A stretch of DNA of 64,000 nucleotides from NCBI GenBank assembly GCA_963674755.2, contig CAXXVS010000002.1, positions 256,001-320,000 of the forward strand. The letters are read 5' to 3'. Below, piece after piece: positions 1 through 10,686 of this stretch. This DNA is from Desulfobacterales bacterium. GTDB lineage: Bacteria; Desulfobacterota; Desulfobacteria; Desulfobacterales; UBA5852. How positions within the stretch are numbered: position 1 is the first letter of the stretch; every line of letters starts with the position of its first letter. Under the pieces are notes generated by a model. It was given only the letters and a program-made list of their open reading frames with translations. It did no database searches and was not told the origin of the DNA. A program made the position numbers and the translations under genes.

Positions 1-316
1 GGGCCAGGGCAATGGACACACAGCAGGTGGGCAGGCCGTGGGCGAAATTGGTGGTCCCGTCGAGGGGATCGATAATCCATTGATAGTCCGAGGCTTCTCC
101 GCTGGCGCCCCCCTCTTCCGAAAGGATGGCGTGGTGCGGGAAATGGGCGCGTATGACCTCGATGATACGCTTCTCAGACCCGAGATCCACCTCGGTTACC
201 AGATCGATATCGCCTTTGTGCCTGATTTCCCGCACACGGTTCAACCGTTCCCGTACATAACGGCCGCCCCGATACGTCGCCGCCAGCGCAACGGCTTTTA
301 AATGATTCAAATCCAT
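1..316 (-). CDS. suhB: Inositol monophosphatase family protein, 5' part (runs off window)
   Basis: Minus-strand translation from ATG at 316 gives MDLNHLK...[11 protein letters not shown]...ILSEE...[17 protein letters not shown], the IMPase signature. Confidence 0.85.
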   Translation of the reverse strand, partial: MDLNHLKAVALAATYRGGRYVRERLNRVREIRHKGDIDLVTEVDLGSEKRIIEVIRAHFPHHAILSEEGGASGEASDYQWIIDPLDGTTNFAHGLPTCCVSIALA

Positions 317-379
317 AAGCTCTCCAAACTATCGTAAATATGTTCGGCATGTCAAACCAAAAGGGGGGCTTTCGATCGG

Positions 380-2059
380 TCAGGGCATCGTCGGATCGGC
401 AGGCTGGCGGGTCGGGTCGGGCGGCAGCGCGATACGGCCGTTTTCGAAAAACTGATCCATGGCCCGGATCAGAGGCGCCAGGGTGTCTGTGTCAATGGCG
501 GAGATGGGAATGCCCTGGAGGGCATTGACACGCTGCAAACGGTCCGCCCCACCGAGGCGGTCCTGCTTGTTCAAGACCCGCAGCGTAGGGATATGGGCCA
601 GATCGAGCTCTTCGAGGATGTGTTCCACCGACCGAACCTGATTGCGGTATTGGGGGTGGCTGATATCGATGACGTGCAGCAGCAGGTCGGCGTTTGCCAG
701 TTCTTCCAGGGTGGCGCGAAAGGCGGTCATCAATTCCCGGGGCAGATCTCGGATGAAACCCACGGTATCGGTGATAATGACTTCGGTTTCACGGGGGAAT
801 TTCATCCGGCGACTGGAAGGGTCGAGGGTGGCGAAAAGACGGTTTTCCGCCTTTACCTGGCTGCGTGTCAGGTGGTTGAGCAGGGTGGATTTGCCCGCGT
901 TGGTGTAGCCGATGATCGAGGCCACCGGCAGATGCTGCTTGGTGCGGCGGGCACGCTGCTGTTGGCGCTGCTTTTGAACATCCCGCAGGGCGGCTTCCAG
1001 GCGGTTGATGCGATTTCGGGTGAGGCGGCGATTGAGCTCCAGTTTGGTTTCGCCGGGCCCCCGGCCCCCGATACCGCCGGTCAGGCGGGACATGGCCGTA
1101 TTCTTGGCCACCAGGCGCGGCAGGAGGTATTTCAGCTGGGCCAGTTCCACCTGCAGCCGGCCTTCCCGGGTTTGGGCCTGCTGCGCGAAGATATCCAGGA
1201 TCAGCTGGGTGCGGTCGATGACCTTAAGCTCCACTTGATCGGTGATGGACTTGATCTGTGATGGATTGAGCTCCTGGTCGAAGACCAGCAGGCTGACGTG
1301 ACGCTGCATGGCCATGACGGCCAGCTCGCGCAATTTGCCCGAACCCAGCAATATCCGGGAATCGATGGCGGTGCGTTGCTGCAGAATGGTGTCCACCACT
1401 TCGACTCCGGCCGAGGCGGCCAGATGCTGCAACTCGTCGAGGGATTCCTCGGCCTCGCGACGGGATGCGGTGGTGACGCTGATCAACAGCACACGTTCGT
1501 TCCGGTCGCCAGCATCCCGCAAGGCCTGCTGGTGGGCCATTTCCGCCTCAAGGGCCATGATCGTTTCCAGGCAGTAGCGGTCGGGGTGGTGGGGATCGAT
1601 GGGCGGGAGCAGCTCGTAGGGCTGGGCGTCATTTTCGCCGGGCAGGACATGGGCAGCAAAAATTTGGTCCGGCCGCCCGTCCGAGGTCATCGTAATCGTG
1701 GCCATCATATCGAGGCGCAGCAGCACGAGGTCCGTCAGGTCGTCCTGGGAAAGGGGGTCGTGTTTCAGATGGGTGTGAACGCAGCGAAAGCCGGTCAAAC
1801 GCCCCGGAGCGACCCGCTGGGCGACGAGGCCCGGAATGAAGATCTGGTGGTGATCCCCTATGATGACACAGGCCACTTTGCCCTTGCGGTTGATCAGGAG
1901 GCCCACCTGGCGCCGGATGTCACTGGAAACGCGAACAAGATCCCGCGCCAGCTCCGGGGAAACCAGAACGGCCGGTGACACACGGCGCCCGGTCATCCGT
2001 TCGATCTGCTTGAGTTGGCTGGGCTTGAGCCCGGTCAGATTGCCATAGACGCGTTTCAT
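380..2059 (-). CDS. hflX: Ribosome-splitting GTPase HflX with N-terminal extension
   Basis: GGIGGRGPGETKLE, GYTNAGKSTL, LFATLDP, DTVGFI, NKQD motifs. Confidence 0.95.
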   Translation of the reverse strand: MKRVYGNLTGLKPSQLKQIERMTGRRVSPAVLVSPELARDLVRVSSDIRRQVGLLINRKGKVACVIIGDHHQIFIPGLVAQRVAPGRLTGFRCVHTHLKHDPLSQDDLTDLVLLRLDMMATITMTSDGRPDQIFAAHVLPGENDAQPYELLPPIDPHHPDRYCLETIMALEAEMAHQQALRDAGDRNERVLLISVTTASRREAEESLDELQHLAASAGVEVVDTILQQRTAIDSRILLGSGKLRELAVMAMQRHVSLLVFDQELNPSQIKSITDQVELKVIDRTQLILDIFAQQAQTREGRLQVELAQLKYLLPRLVAKNTAMSRLTGGIGGRGPGETKLELNRRLTRNRINRLEAALRDVQKQRQQQRARRTKQHLPVASIIGYTNAGKSTLLNHLTRSQVKAENRLFATLDPSSRRMKFPRETEVIITDTVGFIRDLPRELMTAFRATLEELANADLLLHVIDISHPQYRNQVRSVEHILEELDLAHIPTLRVLNKQDRLGGADRLQRVNALQGIPISAIDTDTLAPLIRAMDQFFENGRIALPPDPTRQPADPTMP

Positions 2060-2182
2060 GGAAAACGTGTAGGGCCGGCGGAGAAGGATGCCCGGCAGCG
2101 TTCCGTCACGACAGGCAGACGCCGGTTTGCGATGAGGCCGTCGACGATGGCACGTTGTTGGAGACGGGCGTTTTTCACGGCG

Positions 2183-3565
2183 TTAATCGGCTTCGGGAAC
2201 GTACCCATCCCGCACCATGTTCTCGAAACGGGTGGAGGCATGCCTGAAGGCCAGCGATACGTCTCCGGTCGGACCATTGCGGTGTTTGGCGACGATAATT
2301 TCCGCCTTGCCGGCGTTGGGATTGTTTTCGTCGCGGTTGTAGACTTCATCCCGGTAAATAAACATGACCACATCGGCGTCCTGCTCGAGGGCGCCGGATT
2401 CCCGCAAATCCGAAAGTTTGGGGCGCTTGTCGGTGCGCTCTTCAAGCTTGCGGTTGAGCTGGGAGAGCGCCACCACCGGTACTTGCAGCTCCTTGGCCAG
2501 CGCTTTGAGGGAGCGTGATATTTCCGAAATTTCCAGATCCCGCCGTTCGGTATTGCGGCGCCCCTGCATCAATTGCAGGTAGTCTATGATAACCAGTCCC
2601 AGCTTATTGTCCATTTTCAGCCGGCGGGCTTTGGCACGCACATCCAGAGCGGTCAGATCCGGGGAGTCATCGATAAAAATGGGGGCTTCCGAGAGCACGC
2701 TGGCAGCCTGGGTAATGTTGGCCCAGTCCTCGTTGCTGAGAAATCCGCCCCGCAGGCGATGGGAATCCACGCGCGCCTCCGCGCAGAGCATGCGCATGGT
2801 GAGCTGCTCCTTGGACATTTCCAATGAGAACAGGGCCACGGCGTTTTGGGTCTCCACGGCGGTGTTGCGGGCGATATTGAGCGCGAAAGCGGTTTTGCCC
2901 ATGCTGGGGCGGGCCGCTAGAATGATCAGATCCGAAGGCTGAAAGCCCGATGTAAGATAATCCAGGTCGGTGAAGCCGGTGGGCACACCGGTGATCAAGG
3001 TGCGATTGCCCTGGCGTTCTTCGAGCTTGTCGATATTGCCCTCAATTAATGAACTGATGGGGTAGAACGATTTGCGGGATTTGTTCTCGGCGATTTCGAA
3101 AACGGACTGCTCGGCAAAATCCAGGAGTTCGTCCACATTGCCGCGGTCTTCGAAGCAGCGTTGGACAATCTGGTTGGACTTGGCAATCAGGCGGCGGACA
3201 CAGGCCTTGTCGTGGACGATTTTGGCATAGTGGGCGGCATTGACGGCCATGGGGGCCGTATCCACCAGTTTGGCCAGGAAGGTGGCGCCCCCGATTTCTT
3301 CCAGGGCCCCTTTCTCTTTCAGGATATTGGCCAGGGTGACCAGGTCCACCGGTTCGCTGCGGGTGAAAAGATCCGTGATGCCTTCAAAGATGCGCTGATG
3401 GGCCGAGCGGTAAAAATCCTCGGGGGCGAGAATCTCAAGAATATCCAGGAGGGCCGTATTGTCGATCAAAACAGCGCTGAGCAGGGAGGCTTCCGCTTCC
3501 AGATTCTGGGGCGGCAGATGATGAAGGGCCGGGTCTTGTGGGGGCGGCGTGTGGCGCGCGGTCAT
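2183..3565 (-). CDS. dnaB: Replicative DNA helicase (start uncertain; ORF open to 3625)
   Basis: PPQNLEAE, AARPSMGKT, FSLEMS, IDYLQL, DLRESGALEQDAD motifs. Confidence 0.96.
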   Translation of the reverse strand: MTARHTPPPQDPALHHLPPQNLEAEASLLSAVLIDNTALLDILEILAPEDFYRSAHQRIFEGITDLFTRSEPVDLVTLANILKEKGALEEIGGATFLAKLVDTAPMAVNAAHYAKIVHDKACVRRLIAKSNQIVQRCFEDRGNVDELLDFAEQSVFEIAENKSRKSFYPISSLIEGNIDKLEERQGNRTLITGVPTGFTDLDYLTSGFQPSDLIILAARPSMGKTAFALNIARNTAVETQNAVALFSLEMSKEQLTMRMLCAEARVDSHRLRGGFLSNEDWANITQAASVLSEAPIFIDDSPDLTALDVRAKARRLKMDNKLGLVIIDYLQLMQGRRNTERRDLEISEISRSLKALAKELQVPVVALSQLNRKLEERTDKRPKLSDLRESGALEQDADVVMFIYRDEVYNRDENNPNAGKAEIIVAKHRNGPTGDVSLAFRHASTRFENMVRDGYVPEAD

Positions 3566-3692
3566 GAGGTCATGCCTATCATTGGGTTGGGGTCGGCTGG
3601 CGGTGCGGCGACGGTCCATGACCACTGCCGGCCGGTCGGCCAGACAGTGATCACGGACGTGATTCGGATTTTCCGGCTGTAAGCCTTCGGGT

Positions 3693-3843
3693 CCTGTTCA
3701 TAAAAATAATGAGGTCATGCGGGCGCCCAGGCGCCTGCCTGACAAGGCGCGGAACCTAAAGAATATCAGAAATATTATTTGGTTTCGCAACGCCGCCAGG
3801 CAGGATGGAGGGGTGGCCGAATGTCATCATATTTGTGAATAGG
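3693..3843. repeat. ~150-bp intergenic element with imperfect terminal inverted repeats (MITE/REP-like)
   Basis: cctgttcataaaaataatga at the left end vs tcatcatatttgtgaatagg at the right end; internal cctgcctg/caggcagg IR. Confidence 0.6.
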
Positions 3844-3848
3844 GCCAC

Positions 3849-4304
3849 TTAGGCGCTCACTTCTTCCGGTTCCACATGGACCGTAATTTCCGGTTCGACA
3901 CCCCGATAAACCCTGATCGGCACTTTATAGGTGCCGACCGCTTTGATGGGATCGGTCAGGAGGACGATCCGGCGTTCCACCTGAACATCCTGTTTGGCCA
4001 GTGCCTCCACGATGTCGCGCACGGTGACGGAGCCGTAAAGGCGCTCCTCGTCGGCCGTACGAGCCTTGATGGTGCATTCCACGCCCTCCAGGCGCTGGGC
4101 CATTTCCTCCGCCATGCTCTTCTCTTTGGCGATTTGAAGATCGAACTTGGTTTTCTCCTGCTCGAGCATGCGTCGATTCTGGGGTGTGGCCTGGACCGCT
4201 TTGTCCTGCGGGAAGAGGTAATTGCGGGCGTACCCGTCGGCCACCTCCACCTCGCTACCGATAATCCCGAGGGATTCGATGGTTTCCTTCAATATAATTC
4301 GCAT
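3849..4304 (-). CDS. rplI: 50S ribosomal protein L9
   Basis: V.VADGYARNYLFP, LYGSVT motifs; position after rpsR. Confidence 0.97.
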   Translation of the reverse strand: MRIILKETIESLGIIGSEVEVADGYARNYLFPQDKAVQATPQNRRMLEQEKTKFDLQIAKEKSMAEEMAQRLEGVECTIKARTADEERLYGSVTVRDIVEALAKQDVQVERRIVLLTDPIKAVGTYKVPIRVYRGVEPEITVHVEPEEVSA

Positions 4305-4469
4305 AACAGTGTTCCTCCGAAAAACGCCATCGGCCGTATCCGCAACCCGGATGGGACCGGGATGCCGGGGAAGGCGGCTGGCCCGGCGCCGGGTGGCTTG
4401 GGTCTGTTTCCTTATGGTCGCTGCAGTTCCGGCGGTATGGTTACCAATACCGTCCGCGGTTTGCGGCGG

Positions 4470-4736
4470 CTATTTGAAATCAAGGGTTCCCACATAAGGC
4501 AACAGGGCGATCATGCGGGCGCGCTTGATGGCGAGTGTCAACTTGCGCTGATGTTTGGCACAGGCCCCGGAGATTCTGCGGGGAATGATTTTGCCGCGTT
4601 CGGTCGTGAAATTCCGCAATGTCTTGGGTTCCTTGTAATCGATTTCCAGGCTGCGGTCTGCACAGAAACGGCAAACTTTGCGGCGGTGATAAATGCGTCT
4701 TTTACGTTTACGGGGGCGGGGACGAGCTTGTGCCAT
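4470..4736 (-). CDS. rpsR: 30S ribosomal protein S18
   Basis: CRFC...IDYK...[18 protein letters not shown]...AIKRAR..ALLPY. Confidence 0.97.
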   Translation of the reverse strand: MAQARPRPRKRKRRIYHRRKVCRFCADRSLEIDYKEPKTLRNFTTERGKIIPRRISGACAKHQRKLTLAIKRARMIALLPYVGTLDFK

Positions 4737-4737
4737 G

Positions 4738-5217
4738 TTATAGATCCTCCTTCTGGGGTTCGGATTCGGCTGCTTCCGGAGCGGGTTCGGTTTCCGAGGC
4801 CGGTGCCGGCGTTTCTTCTACGGCGGGTTCGGCTTGTGCTGCGGCACCTTCTTCCGCCGCAGGGGGCGTCTCGGATTCCGCCTCTGCCTGGGATTGCATC
4901 ATCGCTTCCTGGATGCGCTCCATATCCGCATCCTCGTCCAGGAGAATCGTCATATATTTCATGACACGGTCATCGATGCGGAACTGTCGTTCCATTTCGC
5001 TGACCAGTTCGCCGCCACCGCAGAAATCAAGGCGGGCATAGTAACCGCGCTGTTTCTTTCTGATTTCGTAGGCCAGCTTGCGGCCCCCCCACTCATCAAT
5101 CTCCACGAGCAGTCCGCCCTTCTGGGGGATCAGTTCGCGAATCTTGTCGAACACGGGCCCGCGCTGTTCTTCGCCGAGGTCCGGATCGACGATGACGATC
5201 GTTTCGTATCTCCGCAT
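4738..5217 (-). CDS. rpsF: 30S ribosomal protein S6 with acidic C-terminal tail
   Basis: [12 protein letters not shown]...[17 protein letters not shown]. Confidence 0.97.
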   Translation of the reverse strand: MRRYETIVIVDPDLGEEQRGPVFDKIRELIPQKGGLLVEIDEWGGRKLAYEIRKKQRGYYARLDFCGGGELVSEMERQFRIDDRVMKYMTILLDEDADMERIQEAMMQSQAEAESETPPAAEEGAAAQAEPAVEETPAPASETEPAPEAAESEPQKEDL

Positions 5218-5435
5218 AATGCCTCCTTATGGATGTAAAGCCCCGAAGACGGCCTCCGGAGCAAGGATCAGGGCTGAACGTCGTCAGCCGTTGAAAAATT
5301 TATCTTTCTACTCATTGTATCGGCCGTTTGTCAACAGCGATCTTCATAATCGTTGTCCAAGGCGTCGGTGCGCGTCCTGTAGCCCCATATAAAAAGGGGC
5401 CGATTCCAATGGATATGCCCCATAGATAGCGTTTA

Positions 5436-5474
5436 GGGCGGGCTGTGACGGAATCGAACCTTCAACCTACCGAT
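5436..5474 (-). pseudogene. Degenerate tRNA 3'-half remnant (Lys-like), probable old att scar
   Basis: Minus strand atcggtaggttgaagGTTCGATTCcgtcacagcccgccc has a T-loop and acceptor 3' strand, but a T-stem mismatch, no CCA and no 5' half. Confidence 0.55.
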
Positions 5475-5862
5475 CAGGCGCAGGCCCGGATCGCAGTTCT
5501 TGAGGCTTTAAATTAAATAAGGAATTGAAGGTGCTCCAGACCTACGGTTCCAACGAACATCACTTTTTACTCTGTTTTCCGTCATTTTCCAAGCATTCTT
5601 TGACTAGACCTACCAGACCAAGGGGATTTAGAAAGAGGTGCCGGACGGACACCTATCACATCATTCATCGACGATTACCGTCACGCCGTTCGTTTCAAAC
5701 AGGCCTTTTACCCTGTCAAGATCATGGATGGTTCGCGGTTTTATCCCCAGGCGGCGCTTCTGGTCTGTATTCAAGCTGGCGATCTTGGCCTCTCCCAGGT
5801 TGTTATAGGGCAACAGACAGATTGCATCCCGACCGTTTTGGCAGCCGTTTCCAACCCATCCC

Positions 5863-6303
5863 TCATCGTTTTTTAACGACCAATTCCGGGTAGCCCATCT
5901 CTTCCAGAACCCGGGGAAACCGCTTGAAGGTCGGCTTGACTACCGGTAGCAGCTTGAGCATGGCGGTAATTTTTCCGCCCTGCCTGACCTTGCCCCTGGT
6001 CACCGCGGCGATGGGATTCTCATACCCGTGCCAGAAGCGGTGGGAATGGTCGGCACTCTGCTTGGACCAGACATCCGCTTTCAGCTCGCACGGCCCTATA
6101 TAAAAGGTGCCGTACATGCCCTCTTCGGCCGGCGGGTTTTTAAGATCGATGGTAATTTCACTGTCCGGGTCGGTGTAGATAAACTTGATGATGATGTTCG
6201 CCCGGGACATCTTGGGGCCGATTTTTTCATCCCGCAACACCTGGTCCAGAAAATAGGTGTAAATCTCGTAAAGGTGTTCCTGATCCCGATAATACTCACT
6301 CAT
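5863..6303 (-). CDS. SCP2 sterol/lipid-binding domain protein
   Basis: MSEYY start after RBS; FWHGYENPIAAVTRGKVRQGGKITAMLKL resembles the SCP2 C-terminal pattern. Confidence 0.65.
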   Translation of the reverse strand: MSEYYRDQEHLYEIYTYFLDQVLRDEKIGPKMSRANIIIKFIYTDPDSEITIDLKNPPAEEGMYGTFYIGPCELKADVWSKQSADHSHRFWHGYENPIAAVTRGKVRQGGKITAMLKLLPVVKPTFKRFPRVLEEMGYPELVVKKR

Positions 6304-6314
6304 AGCGATCTCCC

Positions 6315-7475
6315 TTATTTGCGCTGATCGAAGCGCCGTCCGAAAATCATGCTGGCGACCGTCAACTTCAGCATCTGCAGCGTGCCGCCGGCCACGCTCC
6401 AGGCCCGCGCATCGCGTACCATCCGCTCCAGGGGGAATTCCTTCGAGTAACCGTATCCGCCGAATATCTGCATGGCCATGTCCGTAACGTCTTTCACCAT
6501 CTCGTTGGCATAGCATTTCCCTAATGAGGCTTCGTAAATGGACGGCAGCCCCTGGCCAGCCCCGGATGCCGCCCGGTAAACGAGCAGTTTGGCCGCATCC
6601 AGCTTCATGGCCATCTCGGCCATGATGAACTGAATGGCCTGGAATTCACAAATCTCGCGGTCGAAGGCCTGGCGTTGCAGGGCGTAGTTTTTAGCCTCCT
6701 CCATGGCGCCGCCGGCCACCCCGAGGCACATGGCGGCGTTGCCGCAGCGCTCGATATCGAATGTCGTCATGAGGTTGCCGAATTCCCCCCGGTCGATCAC
6801 CAGGTTTGCTTTGGGGATTTTCACGTTGTCGAAAAAGAGGTCGCAGGACGGCATGCCCCGCAGGCCCATGAATTCCTCCTGCTTGCCGAAGGTAAAGCCC
6901 GCCATGCCCTTTTCGGCAATCACGGCGCCAATGGCTTTGTAGCCCGGCTTTTCGCCAAAACGGCAGTATACCAGATAATGGCTGGCATAGCCGCCGCCGG
7001 TAATGAACGCCTTGCGACCGTTGAGCAGAAAGTGATCGCCTTTATCTTCCGCCATCGTCTGCAAAGCGGTGAGATCGGACCCGGCCTCCGGCTCGGTCAT
7101 GCAAACCGAAACGCTGCTTTCACCTTGGCAGACACCCGGGAGGATGGCGGCTTTCTGTTCCGGCGTCCCAAACATATCGATGACCCGCACCGGACCGACA
7201 TTGGACTCGAACACCGGGGCTGCGATCATGGGGCTGTAGCGGGCCAGGGCCTCAATGGCCAGGATGGCCGTCAAGGCACTTTCGCCCGCACCGCCGTATT
7301 CCGGGGAAAGCGTCATCCCCAAAAGCCCCATTTCGGCATAGGTGGGCATCAGGTGGTGGGGGAATTCGCCGGTCCGGTCGATATGGACGGCCAGTTCCTT
7401 GAATTTTTCTCTGCGGGCCATGTCCCGCAGGCTGTCGAGCAACATTTGCTGTTCTTTCGTCAAACTGAAATCCAT
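6315..7475 (-). CDS. Acyl-CoA dehydrogenase
   Basis: CMTEPEAGSD, LNGRKAFITGG, MQIFGGYGY..EFPLERM.RDAR motifs. Confidence 0.95.
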   Translation of the reverse strand: MDFSLTKEQQMLLDSLRDMARREKFKELAVHIDRTGEFPHHLMPTYAEMGLLGMTLSPEYGGAGESALTAILAIEALARYSPMIAAPVFESNVGPVRVIDMFGTPEQKAAILPGVCQGESSVSVCMTEPEAGSDLTALQTMAEDKGDHFLLNGRKAFITGGGYASHYLVYCRFGEKPGYKAIGAVIAEKGMAGFTFGKQEEFMGLRGMPSCDLFFDNVKIPKANLVIDRGEFGNLMTTFDIERCGNAAMCLGVAGGAMEEAKNYALQRQAFDREICEFQAIQFIMAEMAMKLDAAKLLVYRAASGAGQGLPSIYEASLGKCYANEMVKDVTDMAMQIFGGYGYSKEFPLERMVRDARAWSVAGGTLQMLKLTVASMIFGRRFDQRK

Positions 7476-7525
7476 GTAAATCTCCTGTTGCAGCCGTGTA
7501 AAATGTTCAGGGAACGCGCTGTGCT

Positions 7526-8893
7526 TTAGATTTTGTCCAGCAGACGGGTTATGTCGGTAACCTTTTCCAACGCAAGGATCCCGTCAATCACGGCGTCCAA
7601 TTTCTGATCATCCCGGTCACCGGAAAACCGCTTGACCTTGTTTGCCAGGGCGGCCGCATCCAGCGGATCGCGCGGGTCGCCCCGGGGGGCGTCCACCTGC
7701 CGCGCGAGACGGCGCCCATCCTTGAAAAGAATTTCGACCCGGCTGGAAGTTTTCTCCGGGTAGATCCGGTCGAGGGCTTCATCGGTTCGGACCGCTACTT
7801 TGGCGGCCAGGGCCAGGACCGCGGGGTCGCTGATCCGTTTTTCCGTGAGCTGCACGGGGCCGAGTTCGCCATCCGTCAGGCAGGCGGCCACTACGTAGGG
7901 GATTGAAAATTGCGCGGACACAAACGAGCTGCTGGCATCGACGCCTTTGCCCACGGCCAGTTCGGCAATCCCGTAGGTGGATACCGTAATGCTGGCCACC
8001 TGGGCAAGGTCAACGTCTTCAGTGGCGACCAGCTCCAGGGCCGCCTGGGCCGCGCCGTGGGTGTGGCGGCAGGCCGTATAGGGTTTGAAATAGATATCCA
8101 TGACCGAGTAGGTGTCGCCCAAGCCTTCGGTGATCCGTGAAAGGGTTGGATCGGCGGCTGTGGTAATCTTGGCAAACCCGCCGTTCAGAGCCGATCCCTC
8201 GAGCACATAGGGCGCGCCGGTCACCCCGGCCCCGGCCAGTCCGGCGGCCATGATGCCGGCACTGGCCGCCTGTCCGCCCTGGACGATTTTAACGGTATAG
8301 CCGCCCATGAGGTGCTCGGCCATGGACAGCGGCAGCAGGTAGCCCGCATTGCCCAGTGCGTTAAGCAATTGGTCCCCATCCAGGCCTCTGAGCCGAGCCG
8401 CCGCGACGGCCGCCCCATACGTCCCGCAGGTGCCCGTGGGCAGGAAGCCCCCCAGCGTGTGCCAGGGGTGCATGGCCGCGGCCGGCCGATTGGCCGCCTC
8501 ATAACCGGCCACCACCGCCTCGATGACCGCTGTCCCGGCAGCACCGGTCTCCTCGGCTACGGCCAGGGCGGCCGGGATGACCGCCACGCCCGGATGGTTC
8601 CCACCGAAACGCGAGCCGTCCTGGGCCTCAATGGCCTCGGCGGTGGTCCCGTTGATGAAGGCCGCCTGGTGCACATCGGTCTTGAAGCCGCACCCCAGGG
8701 CGGTGATTTTTCCCGGGGCACCCACGGAACGGATATAGCCCGCGATCTTCCGGACCGTTTCAAGTTCCAGGGAGCCGTAAATATTGGCCACATAGTCGAG
8801 GATACAGAGCTTGGCCTTGTGAACCACCTCAGCCGGCAACGTTTCCAGGGTTACATTTGAGCAGAATTCAGCCAATTTGCGCGTATACGTCAT
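7526..8893 (-). CDS. MmgE/PrpD family protein
   Basis: AAFINGT, HPG..VIPAALA, FKPYTACRHTH, AQFSIPYVVA, RGDPRDPL motifs. Confidence 0.92.
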   Translation of the reverse strand: MTYTRKLAEFCSNVTLETLPAEVVHKAKLCILDYVANIYGSLELETVRKIAGYIRSVGAPGKITALGCGFKTDVHQAAFINGTTAEAIEAQDGSRFGGNHPGVAVIPAALAVAEETGAAGTAVIEAVVAGYEAANRPAAAMHPWHTLGGFLPTGTCGTYGAAVAAARLRGLDGDQLLNALGNAGYLLPLSMAEHLMGGYTVKIVQGGQAASAGIMAAGLAGAGVTGAPYVLEGSALNGGFAKITTAADPTLSRITEGLGDTYSVMDIYFKPYTACRHTHGAAQAALELVATEDVDLAQVASITVSTYGIAELAVGKGVDASSSFVSAQFSIPYVVAACLTDGELGPVQLTEKRISDPAVLALAAKVAVRTDEALDRIYPEKTSSRVEILFKDGRRLARQVDAPRGDPRDPLDAAALANKVKRFSGDRDDQKLDAVIDGILALEKVTDITRLLDKI

Positions 8894-8908
8894 TTGCCGG
8901 GCCCTCTT

Positions 8909-9709
8909 TTATACGTATCCTTTTTTTTCATAGATGCGGATCATCCGATGGGGGTCCAAAACTTCCCTCAGCGCCTGCAGCTCTTCCGCTGTGGGGGGTT
9001 CCGTGGGATGGACATCCTCGGCCACTTTCAACTCCCACGGCGTGTTGGCCAGCACTTCCGCAATGGTGCAATCCGGGTGATAGGACGCCAGGTAGGCCTC
9101 CTTGGTCTGCGGATCAAATTTCAGGACGGCCTTGTTGGTGATGATCACCTCCGGACCGGTGTCCGGGGCCATGCCCCATTTCTCCCGGGCGCCGGCGCCG
9201 TCCAGGTAGCCCGGCGTGGTCACGAAATCGACCTTTTCTGCCAGCCGCCGCTTGTCGTGCAGGGTGATGATGAGGGTTTTACGCGCCAGGGCCCCGATGG
9301 GGTTGGCGCCGCCGCTGCCGGGGAGGCGCGCCTGGGGCGAGGCGTAGTCCCCAATGGCCGTTGTGTTGATATTGCCGTATTTGTCCACCTGGCTGCCCGA
9401 GAGAAACCCGACGTCCACCTGGCCGGCCTGCAGCACCATGCCCATGATTTCCACCAGTCCGCCGACCATGGCCGCTCCCGGGTTGAGGCAGGGGTCGCCC
9501 ACCGATAGGGCCGGGCGTTTGGGGCGCGCATCGATCACGCCGGATTCCTGCATCAGGATGGCCGTCGGCGCATGGGTCTGCCGGGCGATGTTGGCCGCCA
9601 TGGTGGGGAATCCGGTCCCCACGATGACCACGTCGCCATCCCGGATGATGCGCGCCCCACAGCATGCCATAAGCTCCGGTTTGATATAATTTTTTACCTT
9701 GTCTGCCAT
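8909..9709 (-). CDS. Family I CoA-transferase beta subunit (GctB-like)
   Basis: VGTGFP, QESG (catalytic Glu), GSQVDKYGNINTT, RLPGSGGA, VDFVTTPG. Confidence 0.92.
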   Translation of the reverse strand: MADKVKNYIKPELMACCGARIIRDGDVVIVGTGFPTMAANIARQTHAPTAILMQESGVIDARPKRPALSVGDPCLNPGAAMVGGLVEIMGMVLQAGQVDVGFLSGSQVDKYGNINTTAIGDYASPQARLPGSGGANPIGALARKTLIITLHDKRRLAEKVDFVTTPGYLDGAGAREKWGMAPDTGPEVIITNKAVLKFDPQTKEAYLASYHPDCTIAEVLANTPWELKVAEDVHPTEPPTAEELQALREVLDPHRMIRIYEKKGYV

Positions 9710-9738
9710 GTCAGGCACCCCGCTCGCGATAAACCCGT

Positions 9739-10674
9739 TCAGTAGCCGTAGTTGACCGGATAGGCGTAGTCGAAAGCCGCCTCCAGATTGCGGAAGGTGG
9801 CATAGCCGAAGCGTTCGATGTAGTGCTGGATGTAGGCACTGCGGTCGGCAATGTCGTACACCCACTCCTTGAGAAACGCGGCCAGTCCCTCTTCGGTATT
9901 CGAAGCCTGCTGGTAGAGATACCCCATGGAGAAATCGACATCGTAAAACCCGGGCGTGTAGGCCGGATGCGCACCATAAGGCTCTTCTACCACCGCCACG
10001 ACTTTGAAAGAGGGCACGATCGTGCGCGAGGGGTCTTTGCCGATGACCTCCCGGCTGACGATCCGCTCGCAGGTTACGATCACTTGCTTGGACGCATTGG
10101 CCCCCACCTGGCAGTCGCCGCCGATGCCCCAGATCTGGGCGTTGCCTTCCTCATCGGCCTGCTGGACATGAATGATGGCCACATCCGGGTTGAGGGCCGG
10201 CACCAGCAGGGTGGGGCGGCCGTCGAAGGGGGATTCGATGATCTTGTACTTGTTGTCCCCCATGAAGGATTTGACGTTTAAAAGGTCGCTGCCCAGCATA
10301 TCCTTGACCGCTACGAAGGGCATGCCCATGGCGCCGGCCTGGAGCATCATGGGCAGGGAGAGGTTGGTGTACTCCTCGACTTCCACCTTGTGGGGAATCC
10401 CCTGCTCGATCGAACGCCGATAACATCGCCCTAGGCCGTAAATGCCAAGGGACAGGAAGGTGGCGAAGAACCGCTTGACCAGTCCCGCACCGATGAGCAT
10501 GTCAAAATCGTCCGCGGCGTTGCTGCGGGCAATGGTGAGGTCGCCGATCTTCTGGCGGATGATTTCGTGGATGGCTGAAAAGGGTGTCCGGCAGATGTAG
10601 CCGCCCAGAAAAAGAAAAGCTCCCGGATGCACGAACTGCTCAACGGCCTCCGCGGTGGTCATCACTTTGGTCAT
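9739..10674 (-). CDS. Family I CoA-transferase alpha subunit (GctA-like)
   Basis: HEIIRQ, AGAMGMPF, LVPALNPDVAIIHVQQADEEGN, PYGAHP. Confidence 0.92.
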   Translation of the reverse strand: MTKVMTTAEAVEQFVHPGAFLFLGGYICRTPFSAIHEIIRQKIGDLTIARSNAADDFDMLIGAGLVKRFFATFLSLGIYGLGRCYRRSIEQGIPHKVEVEEYTNLSLPMMLQAGAMGMPFVAVKDMLGSDLLNVKSFMGDNKYKIIESPFDGRPTLLVPALNPDVAIIHVQQADEEGNAQIWGIGGDCQVGANASKQVIVTCERIVSREVIGKDPSRTIVPSFKVVAVVEEPYGAHPAYTPGFYDVDFSMGYLYQQASNTEEGLAAFLKEWVYDIADRSAYIQHYIERFGYATFRNLEAAFDYAYPVNYGY

Positions 10675-10686
10675 GACAGGTTCTCC

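Noticed and set aside
2070..2182. Weak inverted repeat between dnaB and hflX
   Set aside because: Too degenerate to call
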